Shown: positions 38,601 to 51,600 of the stretch, piece after piece
Position numbering within the stretch: position 1 is the stretch's first letter
Layout: every line of letters begins with the position of its first letter
Source: Macrostomum lignano
Taxonomy: Eukaryota
Direction of reading: 5' to 3'
DNA: 64,000 bases
NCBI GenBank assembly: GCA_002269645.1
Contig: NIVC01000390.1
Coordinates: forward strand, 124,001-188,000
Notes under the pieces: generated by a model
What the model was told of the DNA's origin: nothing
Seen by the model: the letters and a program-made list of their open reading frames with translations, nothing else
The model's database searches: none
Made by a program: the position numbers and the translations under genes

Positions 38601-40208
38601 AAATTACCAAAGGATGCAACTAGAGAGTTGAAGCAGATGTTAAAGTTCTATAAGCAGATGAAGCTAGAAGACGAGTTATTGACCATAGACGAAGACGGGA
38701 CACAGAAGGTCGTGTTGCCAGAGAACATAGAGAAAAAAGTATTCCGAGAGTTGCATGACAGTCCTCTCTCAGGTCACCTAGGTCGTGATAAAACACTGCA
38801 ACATGTGCGCGATCGATTTTGGCGACCAGGACTAGCAACTGCAGTAGAGAAGTATATTTCGGAATGTATTCCTTGTTTAGAGAGTAAGGCAGGAAATAAG
38901 GTGAAGGCGCCAGTGCAGTCCTTTCCAATATGCGAACCGTTTCATAGGATCCATATTGACCTGATTGGGCCGATCTCAAAAGAGAGTCGAAGAGGTCATC
39001 GCTACGTACTAACAGTAGTAGATAGCACTACTCGGTTCCCGTTTGCGTTCCCAGTGCGAAATCAGAAATCGGATACAGTGATTAAGATCATACAAGAAAG
39101 AATCTTTAGCGAATACGGACAATGCCAGTGGATCCACACTGACAATGGCAAGACATTCGTCAGCCGTCAGTTCCAAGCATTTTGTAGGATGTATGGCATC
39201 AAGCATACATGCACCACACCGTATCACGCACAAAGTAACGGACTAGTCGAAAGATTCAATAAACAAATAAAGTCAATAGTAACTTGTCTAGTAGAGAAAG
39301 ATCATTCCGACTGGGATTTGCTAATTCCCGCAGCTCTGGTAGCTGTGCGCACTAGTGTGAACCAGACCACCGGATTCACGCCGCACTACCTGCTATTTGG
39401 TAGGGAGGCAGATCTTAGGATAGACAGTATTATTCGAAGGCCAAAGCAGTATCACGATTATCCGAGCTATGTGCTAAACCATGCTGAAAGGCTCGAAGAA
39501 GCACAGAAACTCGTGCAGAAGAAGCTAGAGAAGGTAAAGGACCGTAGAGAGGAGGACAATGCTGAGAACAAGCCACCGAAGCATGTACCGGTTGGATGCC
39601 TCGCATTGATTAACAATCCGCAATTACACAGTGAAGAAAGCCATAAATTTCACCGCAAGAAAAGAGCAGCATTCAGAGTCCTTGCGAGACTTTCCGAAAC
39701 AGTATTTCGAGTACAGCGAGAAATAGACGGAGTAAGGATTGGCGAGAAGATGCTCGTACATCGAAACAACCTCACTCCAGTACCCAACTCGCAAATAGAT
39801 TTGCTGAATGAACCAAATAAAGAGACGGAACCTACAAATAGGGGAAGGCAGAGAGAACAACAGAAAAAGAGAGAGCCGAAAAATAAGGGAAGGCAACAAA
39901 TTAGTAAGAAAAATCATTTAGAGCCAATAATAGAAACTGACAGTTCGGAAGACGAAAGAATTCAGTGGAGAGCAAGAGAGATCGAGCCAATTGAGGAAGA
40001 AGTTGAGCAAGAGGAAATTGAGCAGAATGAGATAGAAGATGAGTCAACAGACAGTGAAAGAACTGAGTTAGCTGAGGAAGATGACGCATTAGAGATAGGT
40101 GAGAATGAAAGAGCCGAACAAAGACATCAATATAATTTGAGACCCCGAGAGAACTCAGTCGCAACAGGCTTTGTTCCCCGGAGGCGATATTCTCATTACC
40201 GAAAGTAA
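35678..40208 (+). pseudogene. pol: Element A Pol (-1 frame): protease, RT, RNase H, integrase; broken by a 7-bp insertion at 37670-37676
   Basis: The -1 frame is open from GGGAAAC through LLDTGAG and YIDD. Comparison with B shows an extra GCTCCAG in HPLFQ|LTKKG. RNase H DTDAS and integrase HHCC plus HIDLIGP/TDNG/VERFN motifs are in the second frame. Confidence 0.92.
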
Positions 40209-40605
40209 TGAAGCCGAATCCATGTAAAAATGTGTAAATAGACTCAATATAAAACTCATAAAAAGTAAAAATCATAAAATTTATAAAAATACAAAAATAT
40301 TAAATTTGCATATACAGTATTAAATAAAAATGTTATGCGCATTACTAACAGTAGAGTATAGAGAATTGTGCAGGTATTGTTCGAAACTCGTTCCGCATAA
40401 AAATCCTAGCAACGCTTAGTAACGGTGTGAGCCAATGAGCGAGCTCGTTAGAAATTTGCTAAACCCCCTCTCGTGCGAACACGAAGATGCGGTCCAGTTT
40501 TTTCAGATATACAATTGAACTCCCTGCAGCTCCATAGACCCGTCGATCACACCTCTCCAAGTCAATCTTGAGTTAATACCGCAAGAATATATATTGCGAG
40601 CTAGA

Positions 40606-41643
40606 ATGGACGACGACTTAGATAATTTCTTAAAAGATTTGCTGGACGACTCCATGGAGGAATTAGCCGTCGCCGCCGCAGCAGACCAGCCAGCTGAACA
40701 GCCAGCTGAGCCTCCAGCGCAGCCTCCAGCGCCGCCAGTTCGACCTCCAGACCAGCCGGCTGAGCAGCCAGCTGAGCAGCCAGCCGAGCCGCCAGCTGAG
40801 TCGCCAGTACCATCAGCTCGGCCGCCAGCTTCATCAGCAAATCAGCCTGCAGCGACGTCCGCGCCATCAACCAGCCGATCGGCGCCTGACATTGAGGAGG
40901 CGCCATTGCGAGCTCCGACGAGACCAAGAGCCCTGTCAGGAACAGGCAAGCGACCGCCAGCCGCTGAACAATCATCAATTCCAGCCAAGAGGGCCGCTCT
41001 TCTGGATGCTCAAGCAAAAGCGCCAATCAAGTCTTTGGTCGTAAGACCATGCGCCGGAGAAGAGCGGCGCACCCTTCAGCTGGCCGCGCCTCCACAGCAG
41101 TCAGCAATGAGACGTCAGCCGAGACGTCCACCACAGCCGCCGCGCCATTCGTCGCCAAGACGTCTGCCGCAGCCGTCGAACCAGCCGCAGCCGCCGAGTC
41201 GGCCGCCACAGCAGCAGCAGCCGCCTCCGCCACATCAGCCAGCAACACCCAGGCAGCCACTGCAGCCTGTGCCTAATCCGCCGCTACAGCCAAGGCGAGA
41301 GTACCATGAAACGGCGCTAGCCCTTATCGACATGCACGGCGTTACGCTCGAACGAGTTGTGCACGGCATCAGGGTTTATCTGGAAAGGATAGCCCACCTG
41401 CGCCTCGACCAGGCGTTGCCACAGCGGGCTTACCTGTGGCCAAGCCTGAGGCAGCTGAGAACCCGACTTTCGCGAGAGGAAGCCGTCGCTCTGCTGCGAT
41501 ACGCCATCGACCGATTTCGAGACGATCTGGATGCCAGCCGACAGCCAATTCAGAGACAGCTTGTCAACATTGAGGTGAGATGGGTTTTCACCCAGCTCGG
41601 ATGGCTCGAGTACAGAGACCTCCCGCGAAATTGCTACTTCTAA
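40606..41643 (+). CDS. Element A ORF3, 345-aa non-env accessory protein
   Basis: ATG at 40606; homologous to ORF3 of element B in three separate blocks. Confidence 0.85.
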   Translation: MDDDLDNFLKDLLDDSMEELAVAAAADQPAEQPAEPPAQPPAPPVRPPDQPAEQPAEQPAEPPAESPVPSARPPASSANQPAATSAPSTSRSAPDIEEAPLRAPTRPRALSGTGKRPPAAEQSSIPAKRAALLDAQAKAPIKSLVVRPCAGEERRTLQLAAPPQQSAMRRQPRRPPQPPRHSSPRRLPQPSNQPQPPSRPPQQQQPPPPHQPATPRQPLQPVPNPPLQPRREYHETALALIDMHGVTLERVVHGIRVYLERIAHLRLDQALPQRAYLWPSLRQLRTRLSREEAVALLRYAIDRFRDDLDASRQPIQRQLVNIEVRWVFTQLGWLEYRDLPRNCYF

Positions 41644-43735
41644 ATGACAAGGGTTACTCTGAATCGAACATTTGCAAAAGTACTGATATTATTTTTGTTT
41701 TTGCTTTATTACTAGCTTAGTAGTATTTGTAGCATTTAGTAGCTAAATTCTTCTTTCAATTATGCTTATAGGAAATTATTACTAGCTTACATTTTTTATA
41801 TTTTTCGTTACCTGTATTGCCTTTTTTGCCTTTTTTGTCTTTTAGAGTAGTTATACATTAACAGATTCTTGAATTGAATGCTATATTTCTAGATATAATT
41901 TTAATTTCCTCTAAATAAAATACAACCAATTAAAATGCAACACTGCAAAGGCAGCAGCAATGGCAAGGCCTAATATTAATATAGCTTAAAGTATAGCTCA
42001 AGACACTTCCCTCACAGTCAAAACACAAGTGGGCCTAACTTTGTAATGTGATGTTAGACCTTTGACAATAAAGAAGCAGAAATAGACCTAAAAATAATAA
42101 ATAATATTGGCAATAATTAATAGATTTAATTATAGGCCCCTAGGCCTAATCAATGCAATTATATAATAATATTAATTAATAATTATTGTTGCAAATATTA
42201 GACTACTTTTAGGTAGGCCTTTGCACATCAGCACATGGCCTAAATCCTAATTATAAGTATAAATAGGCTGTAGTATACTTTACTAATAGCCTAGTATGGC
42301 CGTGTAGGAGGGGTAATTAAGCTAAGTTGGGAATCCTACAATTGCCCCCAAGTTGTGGTAGTGCTCTAAGGTTAAAAACTTTATCCTAATAGCTGACACC
42401 AAGTTGTTGTAGGTAATTCTTATGCTTATTCATAATTTCACTGCTGCTACCAAGTTGTACTGGGGTGAAATTTGCTATAATTCTAGAATTTCATAAGATT
42501 AGCCATCAGATTTGTTATAAACTACTAAAATATGGTGTCACGGAATTAAGATTATGGGCTTTCACATAAGCATGGATCGCCCTGGTAGTGCACAGTGCCC
42601 GAGCGGCAAGACACTGGTTAGCTAGGGGAGAGAGGGTGACTAAGTCCTAAAGCAGTGCCCTTCAATGGATCAAGGTTGCCCGAATGCCCGGTGAATTTCA
42701 GTTTCCTCTTATGGATTTGCTCTTGTCATATACAACTTTCCATTGGCTGTTCAGTTCAAATGGTTCTATTGGGATATTTCTCCCTCTCCAATGGGCTCTC
42801 TATGCCTTTACTGTTCGTGGTTCCGCTATTGGTTTTTAGACTGATCGTCTTAAGCTTTTGGTAATTTCTACCTAGCCAATGAGCATTTGCTCTTTATTCT
42901 TGACAAATAAGGAAGGCTTAAGTAAAATTCGCTTTTTTTGTTTGTTAGGCAGATAGCGTTGAACCAAAAACTCGGTTGCCTCTCTGGGCGCTGAATTCAC
43001 GTCTATTTATACTAACCAAAAAGAGGGGGAGGGGGAGGAAGAACGTATTCAAACAAATATCTACCAAAAATGCAGTCACTAACAAAAATGGCGGGGATTC
43101 AAAATAATCCCTTTCTCACTAGGTCTATTATAGGCCTACTATAATAATGGTATTGATAATTGATAATAATTGATAATAATAAACTGATAATAATATATAT
43201 AATAAATTATAATAAATAATAAATAATATATAAATTGATAATAATATAAAATGTAATTATACTCCTTAATTTTTTGGCCCTATTGGAAATATAGAGAGCT
43301 TGCGTACACAGCAGCCATCCACCCAGTGTTTTAATTGCATGCACAGTAGCCAGCAGATTGGCAAATAGTGAATTGCAAATTGGACCTTTTCCCTCAAATC
43401 TGCACTTTGTTACTTATTGAACTTTTTAAATAATTTATTACTTGTTTTATCCCATGTTACCCATGTATAATGCAATCTCAAATTAAGATGCAGCTGTTGT
43501 GCAAGCAATTAAAACACTGGGTGGACGGCTATTGTGCATGTAAGCTCTTTGTTTTAAATCAGTGTTAACCCTATTCATTAGAGCAAAAATTTAAGTTTAA
43601 GTATATAGATAATTAGATCCTTGACATTTAGCTACACAATATTATATTAGGCCTATAGGAACATATTTTCATTGTTTATTAGCTTTATCTAGGCTTAACT
43701 ATTTTTATTAGCTTTCTTATTTTTTTTAATATAAG

Positions 43736-44601
43736 TGAGACAGGCATTAATAATAGCTCTAATACTTTTAAATTTTACTCGTTTTATGTTTGCCTTTCTT
43801 AGAAAAACCTTTATTCAAATCTGCGCGAAATATTTGTTTGAATGTTGTGGTTTGCAAAAATATTTCTGCAATTATTATTTTGTTTAAACTATAACGAATT
43901 TTGGGTATAAATAGACACGCTGAGCAGACTTGAGGAAGCAACCGTTTGCTGCCTCTCGGTTTTCGATAAGCAAATTTAGTTCGTTCTAAATATTGAAATC
44001 GCTTAAAGACTTAATCATTTCTTAGAGTATAAGAACCCCAATTGGGAGTATCAGAAACCGCTACAAGCGAGAAACCGCCTCAGGGCAGTAAATTGTAAAT
44101 TCGCCTCAGGGCAGGAGAACCGCCTCATAACGAGAGAAGATCGCCTCAGGGCAGAGAAAGAGCATAAGCTGTGACCCTCTGATCCAGGGAACGCCCAGGA
44201 CTGAGAGAATAATATTAGGGGAAGCATAGGAATAGAATAGACAGTGCTATTAGACCGCTCAGGCTAGAAAGTACAATAGAAGTACATACGCTACCAATAG
44301 AAGTACATACGCTACCGATAGAAGTACATGCGCTACCAGTAGAAAGACAATTAATAACCAGTAGAATTATTAAGGAGAAATAGCTTTATTACAACTTTGG
44401 GTGGCATTTAGGATTCTCAGTGTACAGGGAAGAGCACTGTGACAACTTGGTTACAGCGGTAGGATTTTGTATTGTACGGGAAACCCCTAGCACAACTTGG
44501 TGACATAACGGTGGAATTCTTATAGAGAGCCAAAAGGCCTGTAACAACTTTGGTGGCAGCTAGTAAGGCTAGCAAAAGGAATAATTAAGAGCCCTACGAC
44601 A
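43736..44601 (+). repeat. Element A 3' LTR, flanked by TAAG on both sides
   Basis: Copy of 33666-34531. Confidence 0.9.
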
Positions 44602-45196
44602 TAAGCTTTTAAAACCTATAGATTTTGAACCCACTGAATTCTAATCCCTGAAACTATTTTTGCAATTTTTTTAGTTTGAAGTCAATATGATTTATACTCA
44701 AACAAAAATTTAATAATTAGGCCCTAAGATAGAGCCTTAGAGTTGAATTTGAAAAATGGGATAAAATGATATTAAATTGTTTTTTGCTTTAATGTTTTAA
44801 GATTTCTATTGATATTGTCAACTAAGGTAAATATTATCAAAATAGGCATAAGCCTGACACTGACAGCTGACTAAATTTTTTCTTATATTATCCCTTCTTT
44901 TTATTTCATCTCTTTTCTCTAATCTCTTTTTTGTTCTTTGCTTTTTCTTTGTCATAGACTTTGTTTTCTCTTCTCTTTTCCTTTGTCTTTTCTTTTTTCT
45001 AATCTCTTCTCTTTATTCTTACTCTTATATCTCCTCATTCTTCTCTCTTTTCTTCTCTCTCTTCTCTTCTCTCTGCTATTTACTTTTTCCCTTCTCTTCT
45101 CCCTTTCTCCTCCCTTTTTTCTTCTTATCTCTACTTTCTTATCTTTTATCTTTCCTATCTATTCTCCCTTTTCCTCATATCTCTCATCTTCCATCT

Positions 45197-45983
45197 GGCT
45201 CATTCCATATAAGCATGGTCGTAACATGACAGGTTATTTTTACTTATAAAATGAAATCTAATAATAGAATATACTAAACCAATATTTTAAATGAAAGATT
45301 ATTTTGTCTAGAATATATTTATAGAGTTTCATATAGATATCATCATTAGTATAGATGCTATTAAACCTTAAATGACACTTATGGTCGTAACGACAGGATT
45401 TTTGACATATAGAAACTAAAAGGTAAAAGTCTTATAACATTTTTCATTTTTGATATTTTGCAATACATTTTTAAAATTTGACTAAGAACATCTTTAGAAA
45501 TCATACTCTTTTATTAGAATATATAAACTCAAAAGGCAACAAAGATACAAAAGAAAAGGCAGCCTTATGGTCGTAACATTATGGTCGTAACATATTTTTT
45601 TCTGTCAATTCAGTAACTTTGAGGTACTAATACATTAAAAATATAATAGATTATTTGGTCACCAATGCTTTTATCTGATGATGCAAGTACTATACTTTTA
45701 TCTATAGTTTGTTTCAACCTTCAAAAGCTTTCTATTTGTTTTTAAAAGGTACAAAATCTTAATGATGTCTTTTGCTTTAAAAAATGTCCAAATTTTTACA
45801 AAAATGGTTTTTTGCCAATTGATAACATACTAATCCAACATTTTACCATTCCTTTATTCTTAGATTGTATATATTGTACAATATAAACATTTGGTAAAAA
45901 AAATAGGCTAATTAGGCAATGGCAAGCAAAAATATTGACTTTTTTCTATTTTCCAAATATGTCCATCTTATATGGAATGAGCC
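45197..45983. mobile_element. Non-autonomous DNA transposon with about 21-bp TIRs GGCTCATTCCATATAAG and 4-bp TSD ATCT, inserted in a CT-rich tract
   Basis: TIRs and TSD read directly; internal ATGGTCGTAAC repeats; superfamily unresolved. Confidence 0.8.
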
Positions 45984-46292
45984 ATCTGTCTTTTTTCTCT
46001 ACTCTTTCTCTTTCCTTTCTTCTTCTTTCCCCTATTTAGGAAAAATTTCTAAAAATTTAATAGCCTAAAAATTTTCTATAGTAAGTTTAAGGTGGGTGGA
46101 AAATTTGGTGTAATTTGGTTGAGCAGTTTGGGAGTCTAAAGCAAACAAATTTGTACATAGACAATGCATATACACATATACAAACAAAGTATGCAAGCAT
46201 ACCAATTGATTTTCTCATTGATATAAATTATAGTTTCTATAGAAAATGATAATAGAAGCTATAATTCCAATAGAGCTATTTTTATTATAGAT

Positions 46293-47124
46293 TGTGACAG
46301 GCCTTTTGGCTCTGTCTTTCTAAACTTCTAACTATTAGTGTTTATTAAATATCCTACGAGCTGCCACCAAAGTTGTGGTAGGGGTATTCCCGTACGGTAC
46401 AAAATCCTACCGCTGTAACCAAAGTTGTGACAAGGCTTACTTCTGTCCCTACAAATTATCCCTCTATTGCCACCAAGTTGTAACAGGGGTTATTTCTGTT
46501 TGCCAACTACAGTTATCCTGATTATACTTGTTTTTACTCCCTAACTATTTCTTAGAATTTCATTTAAATATTTCTGGTAGCGTTCTTAGTAGCGTTTCTG
46601 GTAGCGTTCTGGTAGCTTATGGCCTGCTTTCTGGTAGCGTTCTGGTAGCTTATGGCCTGAGCGGTCTAGTACTGATATATGTATTAGTGAATAGTCCTAA
46701 TCGGGCGTTCACCGAGACTAGAGGGTCACGGCGCCTCTCTTGGTATATCTCCAAGAATTAGTCCCAATTCCCTTCTCTTAGCAAATTTCTTAGAATCGTT
46801 TCACAGGTTTTGCAAATAAATAAGTCGCTATTTAGCTCAAAGACTTTGAAATGGTTTAGATTGAACTGCTTATTCTGTTCGCAATTATTTGCTCACGAGT
46901 AAAAGACAGTTAGAGTATATTTGTCGCGAAACCGCTCCTATATATAGTGATTTTCCCCACATACAATTAAAACAAAAAAATAATTCTCCAATTTATTTCG
47001 CGCATTAAAACAAACTATTATTTGGCGTTCGCGTAGATTCAGTTTCTAAGAAAGATTCGAATATACAGTTATTACATTGAAAGAACATTCGAGTATACTA
47101 TGATAAAGGCATAGCACTAGTACA
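46293..47124 (-). repeat. Element B 3' LTR
   Basis: TGTACTA...TGTCACA on the minus strand. Confidence 0.93.
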
Positions 47125-47137
47125 ACTTTCCTCCTCT
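47125..47137 (-). promoter_or_regulatory. Element B polypurine tract
   Basis: AGAGGAGGAAAGT immediately before the 3' LTR TG. Confidence 0.88.
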
Positions 47138-47410
47138 ATATATCAAATTTTGAACGAAATATTATATTATATGTATACAGTGAAAAATTGATATCGTAGG
47201 AAAATGCAGGTGAAAAGGTGCAAAGCAAGGTGCAGAAAACACAATTCAGTGCTAAAACAATTGGTGCATAAAATGGTTGTGATAGAACTATTATGTAGGT
47301 AAACCATTAAAGTGAGAACTATTATGGAAGCAAAACGAACTATTATAAAAGTATTATAAAAGGCAAAATTGTTATTAAAGGCAACGCAAAAGTTAGTTCA
47401 CCTCAATAGT

Positions 47411-48286
47411 TCAGATAAACATGCAGGGCTCCGGGAGGTCGCGATAATAGGGCCAGCCGACTTGAGCGAAAAACCATCGGTACTCTTCGTCGAGGACCGT
47501 CAGCGCTGGCGGCGGGTTGGCTCTTATAGCTCGCTGGAGGCGATAGGCGACGTCCTGGAGAACAGCGACAGCTTCCTGGTAACTGAATTGATCCCTCAGA
47601 AACTTCAGGTGTGTCCAAATTTGCGAGCATTGGGGGTAGCGCTGTCGGCTGTCGGATCGGTGGTACGCTACTTTCAGTGCGTATTGCTCAATGTGGAAGC
47701 GTAGCTTTTCCACCTCTGCTCCGCGAGTCTCCACAAGTTCTCGGACGATGCGATGAAAATCTCTCTGCGAATTCGATTGCTGCTGGCTCGGCTGTAGTGC
47801 TGATGGCTGGCTAGACTGCTGCGCTGATTGCAGGCTCGGCTGCAGCGCTGACTGCTGCGCTGATTGCAGGCTCGGCTGCGACGCTGGCTGCTGAGCTGGC
47901 GGTGTCGCAGCTGTCGATTTCTTCTGCCGTGGTGCCGGGGTCTTTCTCGATGATGGGGCAGCTGGCGGTGACACCAACTGCTGCGTTCGGCTTGATGTCG
48001 ACGATCCTGGCGTGGCCTTGACAACATAGGAGCGCACGGGCGCAGCTGCCTGTGCTGCCACCAGGGCGGCGCGCTTCTGCTCGGGGCCTTCGACCCTCAT
48101 TTGGCGGCAAGGCGATGAAGCTGGCGATGATGTTCTTGGCCGTTTGCTGGATACACCAGGCGCCTTTGGACGTGTTGCACATCGAAGCGGTGCCTCATTT
48201 TCATCGGTGTTGGGCGCTGGCTGGGGCTCCATATCGTCTGACAGATTGCCAATTAACTCGTCCAAGATATCAATAGAGTTGTTCAT
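47411..48286 (-). CDS. Element B ORF3, 291-aa non-env accessory protein
   Basis: Open ORF downstream of pol, homologous to A ORF3; TATAAATA about 85 bp upstream. Confidence 0.88.
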   Translation of the reverse strand: MNNSIDILDELIGNLSDDMEPQPAPNTDENEAPLRCATRPKAPGVSSKRPRTSSPASSPCRQMRVEGPEQKRAALVAAQAAAPVRSYVVKATPGSSTSSRTQQLVSPPAAPSSRKTPAPRQKKSTAATPPAQQPASQPSLQSAQQSALQPSLQSAQQSSQPSALQPSQQQSNSQRDFHRIVRELVETRGAEVEKLRFHIEQYALKVAYHRSDSRQRYPQCSQIWTHLKFLRDQFSYQEAVAVLQDVAYRLQRAIRANPPPALTVLDEEYRWFFAQVGWPYYRDLPEPCMFI

Positions 48287-48685
48287 TTTGATTTCTCTGC
48301 GAATGGCTCTTAGAATAGAAAGGAAGCTAGCAGTGAGCTATGGGATCTGTGGGGCCTGCGGGTGCTCGTATTTATAGGCTGGCGGGCCGAAAAACTGGAC
48401 CTCTTCGAAGCACTCCCCTCGCGCGTGGGGCGGGGCATGCCAGATTTGACAGATTTGACAACTAAATTTTTATGGATTTTCTATTTCTTTTTATAACTTT
48501 TTTATTTTTTGATAGATTTTCTTGAGTAAAGTATCAAATTAAAGATCGCATTTTGTAGATTAATATGGTATTTACAGATTCGCTCTATGTACAATATGTT
48601 AAATTTTATAAGCAGATAAGTAATTCTAATACGGAATTTTAACTATTTAACACTGTTTCTTATAGGAAATTGCTTACGTCATGAT

Positions 48686-51600
48686 TTAAGGTGCTAAATA
48701 TTTCGCGTAGCGCCTTCGGGGCACAAATCCTGTCGCGCCTTCTCTTTCTCTCCTTCGCTGAGTCATCCTAAAGTTATACCTATTCTCTGGCTGAACTCGT
48801 TCCTCCTCTAACTCTAATGCTCCTTCTTCTTCTTCTGATGGCTCATCTGAGTCAGTCGCTCTCTCTGTATTTTCACTGTTTACTTCTTCATTTCCTTCGT
48901 TTTCACTCTGCGAATTCGGATCTGCGAATACTCTCCATTGAATTCTGTTTTCTTCGTCTGAGCTTTCCTCCTCTAAAATTTGAACTTCTGGAATTCTAAC
49001 TTCTTTTTGTCTATGGCAAATTCTTTTCTTCGGCTTCGGCTGTTCTTTCTTCTTAGTTGGCACTGGTGCTGGTTTTAAATTATTATTAATTTCCTCTGGT
49101 AAATCAATTTCGGATTTCGGCACTGGAGTCAGATTATTTCTATGTACTAATAGTTTTTCTCCGCTCCTTTCGCCATTGATTTCTCTTTGCACACGGAAAA
49201 CTGTATCAGATATCTTCGCAAGAACTCGATAGGCTGCTCTTTTCTTTCGATGAAATTTGTGGCTCTCCTCTTGGTGAAGTTGAGGATTGTTGATGAGAGC
49301 GAGACAGCCAACTGGCACATTTTTAGGCTGACGATTCTCAACTTCGTCCTCTTGCCTTTTCTCTCGCACCTTTTCGAGTTGTCTTCGCACAATTGCTTTT
49401 GTCTCCTCGATTCTCTTCGCATGATCCAGCACATAGCTAGGATAGTCTCGGTATAGTCTTGGCCTTTTCACAATGCTATCTATTGGCAAATCTGCTTCTC
49501 TCCCGAATAGTAAGTAGTGTGGTGTGAACCCAGTAGTTTGATTAACACTGGTTCGCACAGCTACCAGAGCGGCGGGTATGAGCAGATCCCAATCTGAATG
49601 ATCCTTTTCAATCAAACAGGTTACAATCGATTTAATTTGCTTGTTAAATCTTTCGACAAGCCCGTTACTCTGAGCATGGTAAGGCGTAGTGCAAGTATGC
49701 TTAATGCCGTATAGGGTACAGAATGCCTGAAATTGGTGACTTACAAAAGTCTTGCCATTATCAGTGTGTATCCATTGACACTGGCCATACTCGCTGAAAA
49801 TTCTCTCTTGTATCGTTTTGATAACAGTCGCGGATTTCTGATTCCGAACCGGAAAAGCGAATGGGAACTTTGTTGTACTATCTACGACAGTAAGTACATA
49901 TCGGTGTCCTCTTCTGCTTTCCTTTGATATTGGACCGATCAAATCTATGTGCAGCCGATGAAATGGCTCGCATATCGGAAAGGTCTGCACCGGTGCTCGT
50001 ACTTTATTTCCGCTTTTACTTTCCAGACACGGGATGCATTCTGCGATGTACTTTTCAACTGCAGTCACTAACCCCGGCCTCCAGAATCGGTCTCGGACTC
50101 GCTGTAGCGTCTTGTCCCGACCTAGGTGGCCTGCTAGCGGACTGTCATGCAGCTCTTTGAATACATCTTTCTCAATCCTTTCTGGCAATACTACTTTCCG
50201 TTTACCGTCTTCACTGACTGTCAGCATTTCATCTTCGATTTTCATCTGCTCGTAGAACTTAACCATCTTCTTCAACTCTCCGGATGCATTTTCTGGCAAC
50301 TTCGGCTCACGCACTTTCTTCTGCTTCCAGTCCATCAAGGTTCTTATAGAAGGATCAGCATGCTGCGCTGAAGTCAGCTGCTCTTTCTTCAATGGAACCG
50401 AGAGGTAATCTGTCAGAAGCTTTCTGCACACTGTCTCTTCCTCTTCGAAATAGTCTCTTGCATCTTCATAGATGTCATCATTATCTTCGAACTGATCACT
50501 GGCATCTTCGTATTCATCATCTGCGAATTCGTCTTCGGAATCTGATTCATACTCTTCTGTGAAGTCGGTCTGGCAACTCTGATCTTTCACGCTGTTAGTC
50601 ACGACTTGTTTCACAGCGCTGGTTTCTATTGTCATCTTAGGAATTTCGGCCTCATTCTCTTTGATCTTAGCATCTTTCTGTTCAACTGGTGGTTCCGAGG
50701 GTCGCCGTGACAATCCATCTGCGTTGGAATGTTTGGCTCCACTGCGGTGCTCAATATCGTATTGAAACTCACTCAGTCTTTCAATCCATCTTCCGAGAAT
50801 TCCTTGGGCTTCGGTCTGGCGCAGTAACCATAGAATTGCCTTGTGGTCTGTGCGGGCCAGAAACCTTTTGCCAATTAGGTAAAATCGGAAGTGTTTCATG
50901 CCATCTACTAGCGCTAATAGCTCTTTTCTGGTAATCGGATATCTTTTCTCAGACTCTTTCATTGCTCTGCTGAAGTAAGCAATGGGTCTTTCAACCCCGT
51001 CCGATTGTATTTGACCCAGGCAAGCACCAATTCGGTCTTCGCTTGCGTCGGTGTCTAATACCATTCGAACATTCTCGTTCTCTGAGAATTCTGGGTACGC
51101 GAGTACTTCGGTCGATGTCATTCTCTGCTTCAACTGCTGGAAAGCCTCGTCATGTTTCTTGGTCCACTTTTCCCTAAAGTTTTGAATACCTTTCTTAGTT
51201 AATTGAAATAGCGGATGCGCTGCCTCTGCGTAATTCTTTACAAATCTGCAGTAGTAGTTACACAACCCCAAGAAGCTTCGCAGTTCTTTGACCTCTTTCG
51301 GCGTAGGCCATGACTGTATCGCTTCGATCTTAGCTGGGTCTGTTCTAATCCCTTCTCTTCCTACGATATGCCCTAAGTACTTTAGCTCTTTCTGAAACAA
51401 GTTGCACTTTTTTGGTCTTAATTTTAGTCCTGCTGAGATTAGTCTTTGAAATACTTCTTGCAGATGACCGAGATGATCTTCGAATTTCTCTGAGTATGTC
51501 ACAATATCATCTATGTACGACATTGCGAATTTGTGCTGTATTCCCATCAGCACCAAATTCATGAGTCTCTGGAATGTACCAGGAGCGTTAGACAAGCCCT

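Larger units (their letters stand above)
33666..44601 (+). mobile_element. Ty3/gypsy LTR retrotransposon A (defective: pol frameshift; PPT region replaced by flank X)
   Basis: 866-bp LTRs TGAGACA...TACGACA at 33666-34531 and 43736-44601, 4-bp TSD TAAG, gag-pol-ORF3 with PR-RT-RH-IN order. Confidence 0.95.
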
